Source of the DNA: Psilocybe cubensis
Taxonomy: Eukaryota
NCBI GenBank assembly: GCA_017499595.2
Contig: CM039005.1
Span: 2,852,001 to 2,916,000, forward strand
Reading direction: 5' to 3'
Length of the DNA stretch: 64,000 nt
Part shown: piece by piece, positions 63,541-64,000 of the stretch
How the letters are laid out: the number at the start of each line of letters is the position of its first letter
Numbering within the stretch: the first letter of the stretch is position 1
Program-made: the position numbers and the translations under genes
Notes under the pieces: generated by a model
Databases searched by the model: none
Told to the model about the DNA's origin: nothing
Seen by the model: only the letters and a program-made list of their open reading frames with translations

Positions 63541-64000
63541 AATCACCTAACAGTGTCAAGCGTCAGTGTCATTTACTGTTTAAGTGCCAAATCCTAGTCC
63601 GTTTAATGGGACTCACGTCGCTTGCCTCAGGCTTTGCTCTTAAATCTGTCAATGATTTCGTCTCACTGGAGAAATAGCTCGCTTACCGTGGAATTTAAAA
63701 CGTATACCTCATGAACCGTTCGTACCATGAAAGAATATACACACTTCTCCTTGCGCATACATGGTTCAAGCGACATATACCTAGCCAGATACAAGGTCAG
63801 GAACGTGGTGTATAACCGTGAACTTGGCGATATTATACCCGTCGTTCAACCACCACGCTTCGGCGCGCCCGTGCCCTGGTACCCGCCTGCCTCCATTCCA
63901 AAACTCTAAGTCGAAGGAGGCAGCTGAAGAGCTGGTCGTGATAATAAACGTCTCAAAGTTCACTCCTCAACACCCTACTTTCCAATCACCGCCGTTACCT

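Noticed and set aside
1-64000. tRNA, rRNA or snRNA genes, including a Dada-type small-RNA target
   Set aside because: None recognised by eye. The insertion target is a protein-coding gene. tRNAscan-SE or Infernal would be needed to exclude them.

Overview
Intron-rich eukaryotic DNA, most likely an agaricomycete (mushroom-forming basidiomycete) accessory region, so most six-frame ORFs are exon fragments. The main feature is a complete 12,282-bp Kyakuja-Dileera-Zisupton (KDZ) type DNA transposon (19874-32155) whose ends can be read from the sequence. It has a 7-bp target-site duplication (AGCTGGA) and no conventional TIR, but CTTATATAT occurs at offset 18 from each end in inverted orientation, and there are inverted TTATCCAT-rich subterminal arrays. 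It carries an apparently intact CxC2-KDZ transposase and four accessory genes, one with an RNase H1 N-terminal hybrid-binding-like domain. It inserted on the last 3' splice site of a small secreted beta/gamma-crystallin-like protein gene, and an uninterrupted paralog next door shows the empty-site structure. The window also holds a 304-bp MITE with an 8-bp TSD, a DUF6533-type membrane protein gene, an MCT-like MFS transporter and a 21-exon atypical laccase whose copper motifs are built from micro-exons. Two arrays of duplicated orphan genes each carry a stray 3' fragment of a neighbouring gene, and several decayed pseudogene or transposon remnants are present. All family assignments come from motif recognition by eye, not database searches.
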